Assembly: GCF_004010195.1 (NCBI RefSeq)
Contig: NC_057713.1
Span: 29,147,319-29,211,318, forward strand
DNA: 64,000 nucleotides
Reading direction: 5' to 3'
Origin: Chiloscyllium plagiosum
Taxonomy: Eukaryota
Notes under the pieces: generated by a model
What the model was told of the DNA's origin: nothing
Database searches by the model: none
What the model saw: only the letters and a program-made list of their open reading frames with translations
Translations under genes and position numbers: made by a program
Shown: positions 1 through 10,705 of the stretch, one piece after another
How the letters are laid out: each line of letters opens with the position of its first letter
Position numbering within the stretch: the first letter of the stretch is position 1

Positions 1-599
1 GTTTGCCCACCCACATCCCTCTCTGGCTCAGATGCCAGCTGAGGCACACATAAGTCAGGAATAGTGGCTGCACCACATTATGTCTTGGTAGAAAACATAC
101 CTGCAAACTTCCTCTGGTGTCTCTCATGGCCCTAAAAATGAACACTGATAAATTCACTGCAGTGCCTGAAGAGTTGGTTGGAGATTTCGGTAAGCCAAGC
201 CTGATTATTTTTCACTAGTTTTGGGAGCGAGTCAAAAATGTGCACAAATTCTCTGGCCTGTCATTTACTACCCAACATTTTCTTTTAACGTGGCTCGCAC
301 ACAATCCAATGTATATTGGCCACACAGTCACAGTGATCGAGATACAACAGAAAACTGTGAAAAACAGACAGCAAAGCTGGGATAGCAATCATTCCAGCTC
401 ATTAACTGGGAATGTCAAGCCTTAGAAGTTACAGAGCCTAGCTTCGGGAAGACGTTACGGATGGTTTGATGGTGGGGGGGAGGGGAGGAGAGGTATACCA
501 GACTGAGCCATCCTTAAAGGAGTAATAAATCTGCCTATTTTCAGTGAAGCTGGGGTATTATACCCAAAAAGAAACAGAGATCACACCATGTTAAGCAAC

Positions 600-790
600 C
601 TTTGACTATGTCTTATTTCTAACTTATTTTTCAAACACTAAAGTAATGCAACTACTTTTCTTTTTATTCCTCTTTTGTAGCTAAGATTTTGTACCTAAGA
701 TGGTGCCATAAGAGGCAACAGTTTAAAACCTTTCACTGTACTCCTAAGAAGTACACATAACAATGAAAGATATTCTATTCTGTTTTATTC
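600..790 (+). mobile_element. Possible 3' end fragment of a non-LTR retrotransposon
   Basis: T-rich UTR-like tract ending in CAATGAAAG then short TATTC-type repeats (TATTCTATTCTGTTTTATTC); family not determined. Confidence 0.3.
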
Positions 791-1719
791 TTCCTATGTG
801 AATGGGAGAACTTTGAAATATTCTGTTAAGTAGAAACATTTATATCCATTTTTTGCATGACCAATATTGCTTGCACAAGTGGAGCATGAATACTACCACT
901 CGCAGCTCTTCTTACACAGCAGCTTGTAAGGCAATGAAAACACAACCAAAGTGTGTTGTTGAAACAGGCGCCATGTTGATATCCCCGGTCAGACTTCAAC
1001 TGCAGTGCCTTCATCCAGGTCAAATAACTGATGCTCCAAGTCTGTGCTCACCCCACATATCCCAGTCCTGATGAACTGTCATTGAACTGAAACATGGAGT
1101 GGGATTTTAATGGGCATCTGTGTGTGAGGCTGAAAAACAGGTCACATGTCATCAACAAGTCATGCCTCTAGCCTGCTCACCCTCAGGGCATGGTTTTACA
1201 AGAAGTGTTTGTTGCCCAACTGTGGCCTTTAGATAGGCAGTTAATGTTCAGGTAAGGGTTCCTTCCTCAGACAAACAGGGCAGTAGGAGAGAACTGGTCC
1301 CAACTGACCCAGCAGCAGATTTGGTCCTGCAGTTGCCCTTGAGAAATTATTGGTGAGTTGCCTTCTTGAACTGCTGCAGTTCATTTCCTGTAGGGAGACC
1401 CATAATGCCACTGGGGACAGAATTCAAACAGAGTACTTCATACTTGTGTGGCACAACTGTTACTACATGCCATTGAATAGTCCTCACTACTTGTTCATTT
1501 CACTATGTGACCCACACAATCCACAATGATATCAGCAAGACAGTCATCTCTTCACACTACCTTGCATTTCACTCTCCTCCCATGTTTTTCTACTTCGAAG
1601 CAAGTGACCTATTACCACCATTGCCATCATTCCTTCAACGTTTTTCTCAGCTATCATCAACTACATTAAAAAAGAAATTCACGGGAGCCAGGCGTTTAGC
1701 AAGGCTGTAATTTATCTTT

Positions 1720-2130
1720 TTCTGTATTCTTTTATAGTTTGTGTGTTTCAGAAGAACAGTGAGCATTTGTTGCCATCCCTAAATGCCCCTGAACTGATTG
1801 GCTTTCTGGGTCATTTCAGAGAATAGTTAAAAGTCAACTCCATTGCTGTGGGTCTGGAATTATGTGTAGGGCAGATTAATTTAAAGATGGCAGATTACCT
1901 TCCATGAGGGAGATTAGCTTACGGTGTTTAGGACTTTACCATTAGTTTCTGAGTTTTTGTGACAATGGTTTCATGATCATCATTGGTAAGAATGGCTTTT
2001 AATTCCAGATTTACTAATTGAGTTTAAATTCTTTCAGCTGCTATGGTGGGATTTAAACCCTTCTTTCCAGAACATTAATCTGAGCTGCTGAATTAATGTC
2101 CAGTGATATCATCGCTATGTCAGCACCTCT
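1720..2130 (-). mobile_element. tRNA-headed SINE, decayed; shares its 3' tail with the LDIKAAF-type LINE family
   Basis: Minus strand has A-box-like TGACATAGCGATG (~2110-2122) and B-box-like GGTTTAAATCC (~2049-2059). Body resembles copies at 18997-19447 and 58830-59125. Confidence 0.65.
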
Positions 2131-2656
2131 CCTGATTGTCCAGTGATATCATCATTAGGTCAGCACCTCTCCTGATTGTCCAGTGATATCATCACTATGT
2201 CAGCACCTCTCCTGATTGTCCAGTGATATCATCACTAGGTCAGCACTTCTCCTGATAGTCCAGTGATGTCATCACTATGTCAGCACCTCTCCTGATTATC
2301 CAGTGATATCATCACTATGTCAGCTCCTCTCCTGATTGTCCAGTGATATCATTGCTATGTCAACACCTCTCCTGATAGTCCAGTGATGTCATCACTATGT
2401 CAACACCTCTCCTGATTGTCCAGTGATATCATCACTATGTCAGCACCTCTCCTGATTGTCCAGTGATATCATTGCTATGTCAGCTCCTCTCCTGATTGCC
2501 CAGTGATATCATCACTTTGTCAGCTCCTCTCCTGATTGTCCAGTGATATCATCACTTTGTCAGCTCCTCTCCTGATTGCCCAGTGATATCATCGCTATGT
2601 CAACACCTCTCCTGATTGTCCAGTGATATCATCGCTATGCCAGAACCCCTCCTGAT
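2097..2656. repeat. Minisatellite, 14 x 40 bp (TGTCCAGTGATATCATCACTATGTCAGCACCTCTCCTGAT)
   Basis: Head-to-tail units directly visible with exact 40-bp period and few substitutions. Confidence 0.97.
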
Positions 2657-3268
2657 GTCCAGCAGTAGCTGTTGGTGAAGTTTGGAACAGGTGTTTTTCT
2701 TGAACTGCTCAGTTGATTTGATGAAGCAATCCCAAAACATGTGCTCAGGTGTTTATTTCTCAATGAAATCCTTCCCTACTGTCTTCTTTATGACCTGGAG
2801 TTTTGGCCCTTTTACCTTTTACTGAACCGTTGCAGTTCAGTACAACTTATTTTCTTCGCTGTCCAACTGCTGGTGTGGCCTCTTTACCAATATTTCCTTG
2901 ATACTGCACAAGAAAAGTCCCTGCCTTGCAAGTGTGTGGAGTAGGAAAAAGGTTAGGGGAAAACATAGCCCTTCATTTCCTTAACGATCAGCCTCCTCCT
3001 TCTTTCCTTACTTGTGTCAAACCTTAATTTCAATCAGACACAGCTTTGAAACCCACAAGATTCCAATCACTGACAGATTTCTCAAAGAGGAGAAGATATG
3101 AGTTTCCAACTTTAAATTTTGTGAGAAAGGTAGTGTGAAGTAACTCAACAGTGCTGATATCCTGTCACCAAGTCACCCTTTATTCCCACGTGCACAGTAC
3201 ATGGACACCGATCACCTAGCTCAGAGCCAATTCCTAGGGTGAGGAGAATCCCTAAGACTCTTGTTTAT

Positions 3269-3554
3269 TTAAAAAAAAATTTTTTTTATTAACCCCCACA
3301 CTACCGCCTAACTGCGGTAGTGCTTATTTTTTCGCCAGCACCCATGTTGTGTGTGTGCAGGTGTGAAACACAGCGAGAGACACAAGGTGTACGAACCTTT
3401 ATTCATTGTCCACCACCAGGAAGAAAGGAAAACACCCAAGTGGCCAGTGACAAGCAGTGCCCTTCACAAAGGGCAATGCTGTGTGATCAAACAGTGAAGG
3501 GGAGGGCAGGGACTAAATCAAAATAGAGTTGGAAGGGGAGATAATGCACTCCAC
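3269..3554 (-). mobile_element. 5'-truncated non-LTR retrotransposon 3' end, probably Tx1/L1 clade
   Basis: TSD AAGACTCTTGYTTAT (3254-3268, 3555-3569). Minus strand reads VECIISPSNSILI-stop, then a UTR with two hairpins, AATAAA and an A-tail. Clade call is recalled similarity to Tx1 ORF2 ends. Confidence 0.65.
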
Positions 3555-3577
3555 AAGACTCTTGCTTATATATTCTA

Positions 3578-4288
3578 GGAGAAAGTGAGGACTGCAGATG
3601 CTGGAGATCAGAGCTGAAAATGTGTTGCTGGAAAAGCGCAGCAGGTCAGGCAGCATCAAAGGAGCAGGAGAATCGACGTTTCGGGCATGAGCCCTTCTTC
3701 AGGAATGAGGAAAATGTGCCAAGCAGGCTAAGATAAAAGGTANNNNNNNNNNNNNNNNNNNNNNNNNNNNNNNNNNNNNNNNNNNNNNNNNNNNNNNNNN
3801 NNNNNNNNNNNNNNNNNNNNNNNNNNNNNNNNNNNNNNNNNNNNNNNNNNNNNNNNNNNNNNNNNNNNNNNNNNNNNNNNNNNNNNNNNNNNNNNNNNNN
3901 NNNNNNNNNNNNNNNNNNNNNNNNNNNNNNNNNNNNNNNNNNNNNNNNNNNNNNNNNNNNNNNNNNNNNNNNNNNNNNNCCACCTTGTCTCAGTCCCAAC
4001 CCTCGCACTCAGCACCACCTTCCTAACCTGCAATCTTCTTCCTGACCTCTCCGCCCCCACCCCCACTCCGGCCTATCACCCTCACCTTATCACCCTTACC
4101 TTAACCTTCTTCCACCTATCGCATTTCCAACGCCTCTCCCCCAAGTCCCTCCTCCCTATCTTTTATCTTAGCCTGCTTGGCACACTTTCCTCATTCCTGA
4201 AGAAGGGCTTATGCCCGAAACGTTGATTCGCCTGCTCCTTGGATGCTGCCTGACCTGCTGCGCTTTTCCAGCAACACATTTTCAGCTC
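3578..4288. mobile_element. Penelope-like element with inverted arms spanning an assembly gap
   Basis: 3608-3742 is the reverse complement of ~4155-4288. Core CTGAAGAAGGGCTTATGCCCGAAAC at ~4197-4221. Flanked by duplicated CTCTTGYTTATAT. Confidence 0.85.
3743..3979. other. Assembly gap (237 N)
   Basis: Run of N. Confidence 1.
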
Positions 4289-5014
4289 TTGTTTATATCT
4301 GTCAGCCAGGGCTCCCTGATTGGCCCAGGTTAACAGCAGCAATCAGGGAACTCGTATTCAATGAGATCCACATGGCCAATCTTGTTCCAATCACTACATA
4401 GTGATTGTGAATAAATACTTTACACAAAATAGTTAATTTTCTGTCACAAATGCATCATGCTGAAAACCAAATCTCTTCTATTTCACATTTCGGGGAAAGG
4501 AAAACTGCCCTTTAACTCTCATTAACAACCTCAAACACAGTCTTCTCTTTTGATCTTGAATAATATTGACAGCTGTATTGAGGCCTTGCTATCTGATTAG
4601 ATGTTTTATTTTTCTTGGCTCAATAGTTACCTCTGTACCTTATATCTCTGGGCTGAAAGCTCACATACATCTGGTAAACAATCAATCCAGAATGAGTATC
4701 TCAAGATTTCTAACTACTTCTCCAGCAAGCCCATATCAGGTATTTTATCCCAATGTGCAGCTATTTCCTTTAAGGGTAAGTGGACCATTGCTAATCTCCT
4801 AATCCTGTACTGAGTAGATATGCACTGAATGTTCTGTAGCAATTTAATACAGCCTACCCTTACAGATGTTAGAGTTTACACAAATTATCTAACATAAACT
4901 GAAACATACTATGAAATTATGATTATTGTTCATAATAAACTATAGCTATCTGAAATAAAACGTTATTGTCCTTGCATAGCCTGTAGAATTTGCATATACT
5001 ATACAGTACATAAT

Positions 5015-5300
5015 ATAAGACCACAAGATACAAAAACAGATTAGATCATTCAGCTCATTGAGTCTGTTCAATGACATCATGGTTAATCTGATAATCCTCA
5101 ACCCCCACTTTCTTTCCTTTTCCCATAACCTTTTATTCTATGACTGAATAATAATCTCTCTGTCTCAGTCTTGATTATACTTAACATCGCAGCCGCTACA
5201 GCACACAATGGTAAAGAATTCCACCGATTCAATACCTTCTGAGAGACAGAATTTCTTATCTCTATTTTAAATAGGCGATCCCTTACTCTGAGATTATGCT
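5015..5300 (-). mobile_element. CR1-like LINE 3' end, decayed
   Basis: Reverse complement resembles the CR1 3' ends at 27300-27590 and 35200-35500. Confidence 0.65.
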
Positions 5301-6594
5301 GTCTTATTTGAATGAAAATATTGCATACATGATATGTGCTGAGTTATATACTCTCAAATGGAATAATTTAGAAGATACTGTAATGGACCTGAATTTCTCA
5401 GATTCAAGGAAGAAGAATACTGCCCCTGGCCAGAACAACTCTTGTGCTGCTTATGCAGCTTTGAAAACATCCTGCATTCTTGCTAATGGCGAGTGAAGGC
5501 CCAGAGGTAGTGTTTCTATGCTGCAGAAGAGTAGCAGGCTGCCCTGACAGTCAGCCCAAGCCATAAATCAGAAACATTCACAGGGTTAGACTTTAGATTG
5601 CAGTAGAATTAAACATAGATGGGAAGAAACGCAATACTTTGAAGCTGGGGGTGGAGGTAGCGATGACAGATATTGAAATCCAACAAGGAGCTGAATTGTG
5701 GTTTCACACAGATGCGTATTCCATGTTTTATGGTGCCATCAGTAAAATGTCAACCTAACCAGTTGGATTAAAAAAGACAGAACTTCTCTCAAGTAGGAGA
5801 TACAGTGATTGATCGTTCCACAATTATCTGGACACAAGCAGTAATTTGTTTTCATTTGGGATAATAAGAACAAGAGGAGGCCAATTTAGCTTCTTCAGTA
5901 TGTTCCACCATACAATGAGATTGTAGCTAAACGATGACCTAACTTCACCTCAAATCATTGGAAAAACTGACAGGATAATGAAGAGAATTGTGTGTGAGTG
6001 ATTAATTGTGGGGAATAAAAGGTAGAATTAGATATGGCACCCATAACTGGGGGAGTAGTAGAAGAACATGAATAATTTAGAAAACTGTTCTTTCTTATTC
6101 ACTCATGGGACATGAACATTAAGGCCGGGCCAGTATTTACTACCTGTCTCTAGTTGCCCTTGAGAAGGGGTGATAAGTTGCCTTCTTGAACCACTGCAGT
6201 CCACTTGATGTAGGTAAACCCATTTCTCTAACTCATAAGCCTAACAATCTTAGATTTAAAATGAACAATTATCATGAAAAGAGTTTAAAATTTCTGTCAC
6301 CCTGTGCATGTAGAGAGTTTCCTAACTTCACTCCTCAACTGCCTGCTTCCAATTTTCAGGTTACATCCCCCAACCTAGACTCTCTTACTAGCAGAAATTG
6401 ATTCTCTATATCTACTGTTCTCCTCACACTTTGAGGAGATTCCTCAAAGGAAATTGAAATTCCAATCAAAGTTTCTAAATCTGAGGGACTATAATCCTAT
6501 TGTGTGTATTCCTCCTGCAATTTAAATTCTGGAGTCTGGATAGCATTCTGGCTAATCTACATTGCACTTACTTCATGACTGATCTATCCTGCTT

Positions 6595-6705
6595 AACTCT
6601 GCAGTAGCAGTAGTCCTACCATTGGACCAGAGACCTGGCTTCATGAACCACCTTCCCTGGAGGTATCTGATAACATGCCTGAACAGGTTGATTAAAGATA
6701 TTCAT
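6595..6705 (+). mobile_element. Short (~110 bp) tRNA-like SINE; related copies at ~16826-16935 (+), ~42280-42365 (-), ~46479-46590 (+)
   Basis: Shared pattern GTGGTAGTGTCCCTAC...GGTTCAAGTC...TAATAACAT...GATTA among the four loci. Confidence 0.5.
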
Positions 6706-6831
6706 CCTGACTAAGGTGTGGAGACTAGGACTGGAGCTGAAAGTCTGTTGCTGGAAAAGCGCAGCAGATCAGGCAGCATCCAAGGAGCAGGAGAATTGAT
6801 GTTTCGGGCATGAGCCCTTCTTCAGGAATGA

Positions 6832-6897
6832 GGTGGTTCAGTGGTAGAATTCTTGCCTGCCACGCGGGAGGCCCGGGTTCGATTCCCAGCCAATGCA
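6832..6897 (+). tRNA. tRNA-Gly(GCC) copy 1, missing the first 5 nt (pseudogene)
   Basis: GGTGGTTCAGTGGTAGAATTCTTGCCTGCCACGCGGGAGGCCCGGGTTCGATTCCCAGCCAATGCA; two CpG-type changes from the conserved vertebrate tRNA-Gly-GCC. Confidence 0.9.
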
Positions 6898-6920
6898 TTG
6901 TAGCATCCTTTATTTCAGGT

Positions 6921-6991
6921 GCATTGGTGGTTCAGTGGTAGAATTCTTGCCTGCCACACGGGAGGCCCGGGTTCGATTCCCAGTCAATGCA
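6921..6991 (+). tRNA. tRNA-Gly(GCC) copy 2, full length 71 nt, probably pseudogene
   Basis: GCATTGG...TCAATGCA, anticodon GCC at 6953-6955, intact A and B boxes, four substitutions in stems, no encoded CCA. Confidence 0.92.
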
Positions 6992-7889
6992 TTGTAGCAT
7001 CCTTTATTTCAGCCTCAATCCTGAAGAAGGGCTCATGCTCGAAACATCGATTCACCTGCTCCTTAGATGCTGCCTGACATGCTGCGCTTTTCCAGCAACA
7101 CATTTTCAGCTCTGATCTCCAGCATCTGCAGTCCTCACTTTCTCCGAGAAGGCTAGGATTGGACCCAGTTCTCCAGGTGTAATCAAACCAGAGTTTTGTA
7201 TTAATGATTAGCCAGAGCAATTGGATGAACACCCCTGCTTCTCTCTAAAATAGTGTCATAAGATATTTTTTACTTGAAATCTGGAGGAAATAGTTTATTC
7301 CAATATTCAGACCCAGCGATGGAAGGACTTTCACTGTTGCTACCTTTTTAAGTTTTATTTTGCTCAAAAACGTAAGTTCTATATGCTGGAAAATGTTAAA
7401 ATATATTAAGACGATTAAAACTATTCAAATAAAATAGCCCTCTGTTGAAAGAAAGCTGAACAATACAACACTAAAACAGCAACAATTTGCAATTATACTG
7501 TGGTGTTAACACAGAAAAGGTTTCCCTTCACTCCTTTGAAGAGATGTAAGAAAAACTTGGACAGTGAACTAATGAAGAGATATTATCAGGAAACAATCAA
7601 CTTCTGGCAATGTTCTAAAGATAAATAGGAATACGGGGAGGCTAAGTCCTTAGGAAGGGTGACCATAGCATTTGATGGTTCACAACTAGCAAAAATAGGC
7701 TGAATGGATCTGAGTGATACACATGGGCTCAACTTAGAAGAACAGAAAGTTTACTAGGGAGCTTTGTAATGTTGGAGTCCTTGGCTCCATTGCATTATAA
7801 TTCATCTCAGGAGGGTTCCTCTGGATCAAAACTATGCATCTGCTCATTCAGTTTGCTTTTTTTTAATTGTAGAGTTCAGGTGCCTCAAC

Positions 7890-9140
7890 CGTGTTATCAA
7901 GCAGCATCTGCTCAGCAATAGCCTGCTCAGTGATGCCCAGTTTGGCTTTCGCCAAGGCCACTCAACTCCTGACCTCATTACAGCCTTGGTTCAAAAACGG
8001 ACAAAAGAGCTGAATTCTAAAGGCGAGGTGAGAGTCACAGTCCTTGACATCAAGGCTGCATTCAACCAAGTGTGGCATCAAGGACCCCTCACAAAACTGG
8101 AAACAATGGATTTTGGGGCAAACTCTCTGCTGGTTGGAGTCATACCTGGCACTCAGAAAGATGGTCATGGTTGTTGAAGATCAATTATCTCAGGTGCAGG
8201 AGATCTCTTAAGGAGTACCCTCATGGTAATATCGTAGGCCCAACCATCTCAGTTGCTTCATCAATGACTTTCCCTCCATTATAACGTCAGAAGTGAGGGA
8301 TGTTTGCTGATGATTGCACAATGTTTAGCACAATTCACGAATCCTCAGATACAGAAGCAGCCCATATTCAAATGCAATAAGATCTGGACAATATCCAGGC
8401 TTGAGCTGACAAGTGGTATTTAGTAATATTCGTGCCACACAAATGCCAGGCAATGACCATCTTTAATAGGAGATAATGTAACCATCTTCCCTTGATATTC
8501 AATAGTGTTATCATTACCGAAACCCCACTATCCACATCCTTGAGGTTATGATTGACCAAAAACTTAGCTAGGCTTGCCACATAAACTGTGGCTACAAAAG
8601 TGTGTCACAGGCTGGAAATACTGTGGAGAGTAACTCATCTTCCGACTCCCCAAAGCCTGTTCATAATCGACAAGGTACATGCCAGAAATATGATGTAATA
8701 CTCCCCACCTGCCTGGATGGGTACAGCTCCAACAACTCTCAAGAAGCTTGACACCATCCAGGACAAAGCAGCCCACTTGATTGGCACCGCACTCACAAGC
8801 GTTCACTCCCTCCACCATCACTGTTCAGTAGCAGCAGTGTGTACTATCTATTAGATGCACTGCAGAAAGATCCTTCAACAGCACTTTCCAAACTCACAAT
8901 CATTTTGATCCAGAAGGACAAGGGCAGTAGATACATGGGAACATCACCACCTGCAAGTTCCCCTTCAAGCGACTGACCATCCCGACTTGGAAATATATCA
9001 CCGCTCCTTCACTGTCGCTGGGTCAAAATCCTGGAATTCCATTCCATTGTGGGTCAACCTACAGCAGGTGGACTGCAGCAGTTCAAGCAGCTCAAATGCA
9101 TAGTCAGCAGCGTCCATATCCCACGAGTGAATAAAAAAGA
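7890..9140 (+). mobile_element. CR1-group LINE (LDIKAAF-type), RT domain to 3' tail, frameshifted
   Basis: GEVRVTVLDIKAAFNQVWHQG, GVPHG, MFADD and KKLDTIQDKA motifs; tail CCCACGAGTGAATAAAAAA. Confidence 0.9.
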
Positions 9141-10214
9141 AACGTCTTGAAAACTCTGTTTAACATCCACTGTTCAGGAGTTCATGTTGAGTCCAAAGTA
9201 ACATTTGATGCAGTGCAGACTTCTGTTTTTTTTTTAAATTATCTGTCTGAGAAAATTCAGAATTCAAAACACAAGGACCAGTACTAAAAACTATAAAGCA
9301 GTGCATGGAATGCTCATGGGAAAGGCAGCAAATTTAAAAATATAATGCAATGTTTACATTTTCTCTTCAGCATTCTTCATTTCTCGCGGTTATTAATGCG
9401 TCACTGCAGTGTGGTTCCATAGGAGCCAGCTTCTGTCTTAAATTTCCTACTTATTTTCTATCTGAGGCAGTGCATACAGCAGGGATATGCACGAGGAAGG
9501 TAAACCACATCCTTTGTCTATATATGAGCACCTTGCAGTAAGGATCATAATGTGGAGAAAAGAAGCAAGAGCTACAAAGTAGAAATTTTTTTTCTCTGCT
9601 ACCACAATCAGCATGTTTGTTATTTTCACTCACCAAATCTTTACTTGGCAACTATCTGGAGAAAAATATTTGGAATAAAGTCGGTTCCTTCAGTTAAGAA
9701 AATAAAGAGACAGGTCATTGCAAAAAAAACCTAAGCAAGGATGCAAACTTTATTAACAAAATGTCTTAAATGTGAAAACACATCCAACTGTCATACTTGA
9801 AAAATATCAGGCATGCACATATATCTGTCATGCTCTCAGCTACCGTGCAAGCTGCATGTGGTATTCTGGTTTGAGTAGTTTGCTGCCACCAGTCCCCCTT
9901 TCAATGGAAAGGGTCAACACTGATGATTCGAACAGAGGAGGCACTAATCTTACATGACAAGGTAGTTCATTGCCTAAAAGCAACAAGTAAAATTGAGGTC
10001 AACTTGCAAAGCATAATTGCGAAGGATTTTTGGGAGCTGTAAATCTGCTCCCTTCAGGTACAAATGCAGATCTAACCATCTCCACCCTGCGTGACTTCAT
10101 CAGACTGGATGGAACTCAATGTTAATATGAACATTAACTCTTTCAGAAACATTACTTCAGATGAAAGCTCTCTGTTCAAAACCTGAACAAAATTCTGCAG
10201 AGTATTATTTTGTA

Positions 10215-10380
10215 AAGTTTTTAAGAAGGACTTGGATATAGTTCTTAGGGTTGAACAGATTAAGGTTAGGGGGTGAATGTGGGAACAGAGTATTGCGTTG
10301 GATGATCAGCCATGATCATGTTGAATGATGCAGCAGCCCGAAAAGGCCGAATGGCATACTCCTGTGACTATGTTTAATGT
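10215..10380 (+). mobile_element. CR1-like LINE 3' tail
   Basis: GATCAGCCATGATC...GGCCGAATGG...ACTCCTG...TATGT pattern. Confidence 0.7.
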
Positions 10381-10404
10381 GTTTTGTTTTTAGCTTAAAA
10401 GTAC

Positions 10405-10705
10405 TTTGTGCTTCACAGCCCCAGGGGCAGGGTTCGATTCTGGCCTCGGGCGACTGTTTGTGTGGAGTCTGCACATTCTCCCTGTGTCTGTGTGTTTTTT
10501 CTCTGGGTGTTCCGGTTCCCTCCCACATTCCAAAAAGATATGCTGGCCTGGTAAATTGGCCATGATAAATTGCCCATAGTGTTAGGTGCATTAGTCAGGG
10601 GTAAATGTAGGGAAATGAGTCTGGGTGGGTCACTCTTCAGAGGGTCAGTGTGGACTTGTTGGGCCGAAGGGTCTGTTTCCACATTGATGGGAATCCAACC
10701 TATTT
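10405..10705 (+). mobile_element. HE1/V-SINE-like element, 5' truncated
   Basis: B-box GGTTCGATTC, core TGTGTGGAGTCTGCACATTCTCCC, CR1-like tail GGGCCGAAGGGTCTGTTTCC. Confidence 0.85.

Larger units (their letters stand above)
3136..4398 (-). mobile_element. Solo LTR (~250 bp native) interrupted by two insertions
   Basis: TG...CA termini (TGAAG at 3136, TCACTACA ending 4398) and perfect 5-bp TSD TAGTG (3131-3135, 4399-4403). Minus strand has CCAAT, TATAAA and AATAAA in LTR order. Confidence 0.8.
6736..7149. mobile_element. Penelope-derived composite element: inverted arms enclosing tandem tRNA-Gly genes
   Basis: Arm 6736-6833 is the reverse complement of arm ~7013-7110; the right arm extends to ~7145. 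TSD AGACTAGGACTGGA / AGGCTAGGATTGGA (6722-6735, 7150-7163). Confidence 0.9.
6380..7205 (-). mobile_element. Old CR1-like LINE remnant hosting later insertions
   Basis: TAAGGTGTGGAGACTAGGACTGGA...CCCAGTTCTCCAGGTGTAATCAAACCAG resembles the antisense of the LVRPHLEYCVQFWSP region and is split by the 6736-7149 element. Confidence 0.6.

Noticed and set aside
2097-2656. CRISPR-like array
   Set aside because: Units are contiguous with no unique spacers, no cas genes, and the context is vertebrate.
3646-4066. Long ORFs across 3.7-4.0 kb
   Set aside because: Artefacts of the N gap.
6832-6991. Functional native tRNA gene cluster
   Set aside because: One copy truncated, stem mismatches, no T4 terminator in the trailer, and located inside an insertion.
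6736-7149. MITE or DNA transposon with terminal inverted repeats
   Set aside because: Arms match the terminal region that follows GIY-YIG coding sequence at 24815-25275, are asymmetric, and TSD lengths in the family vary.
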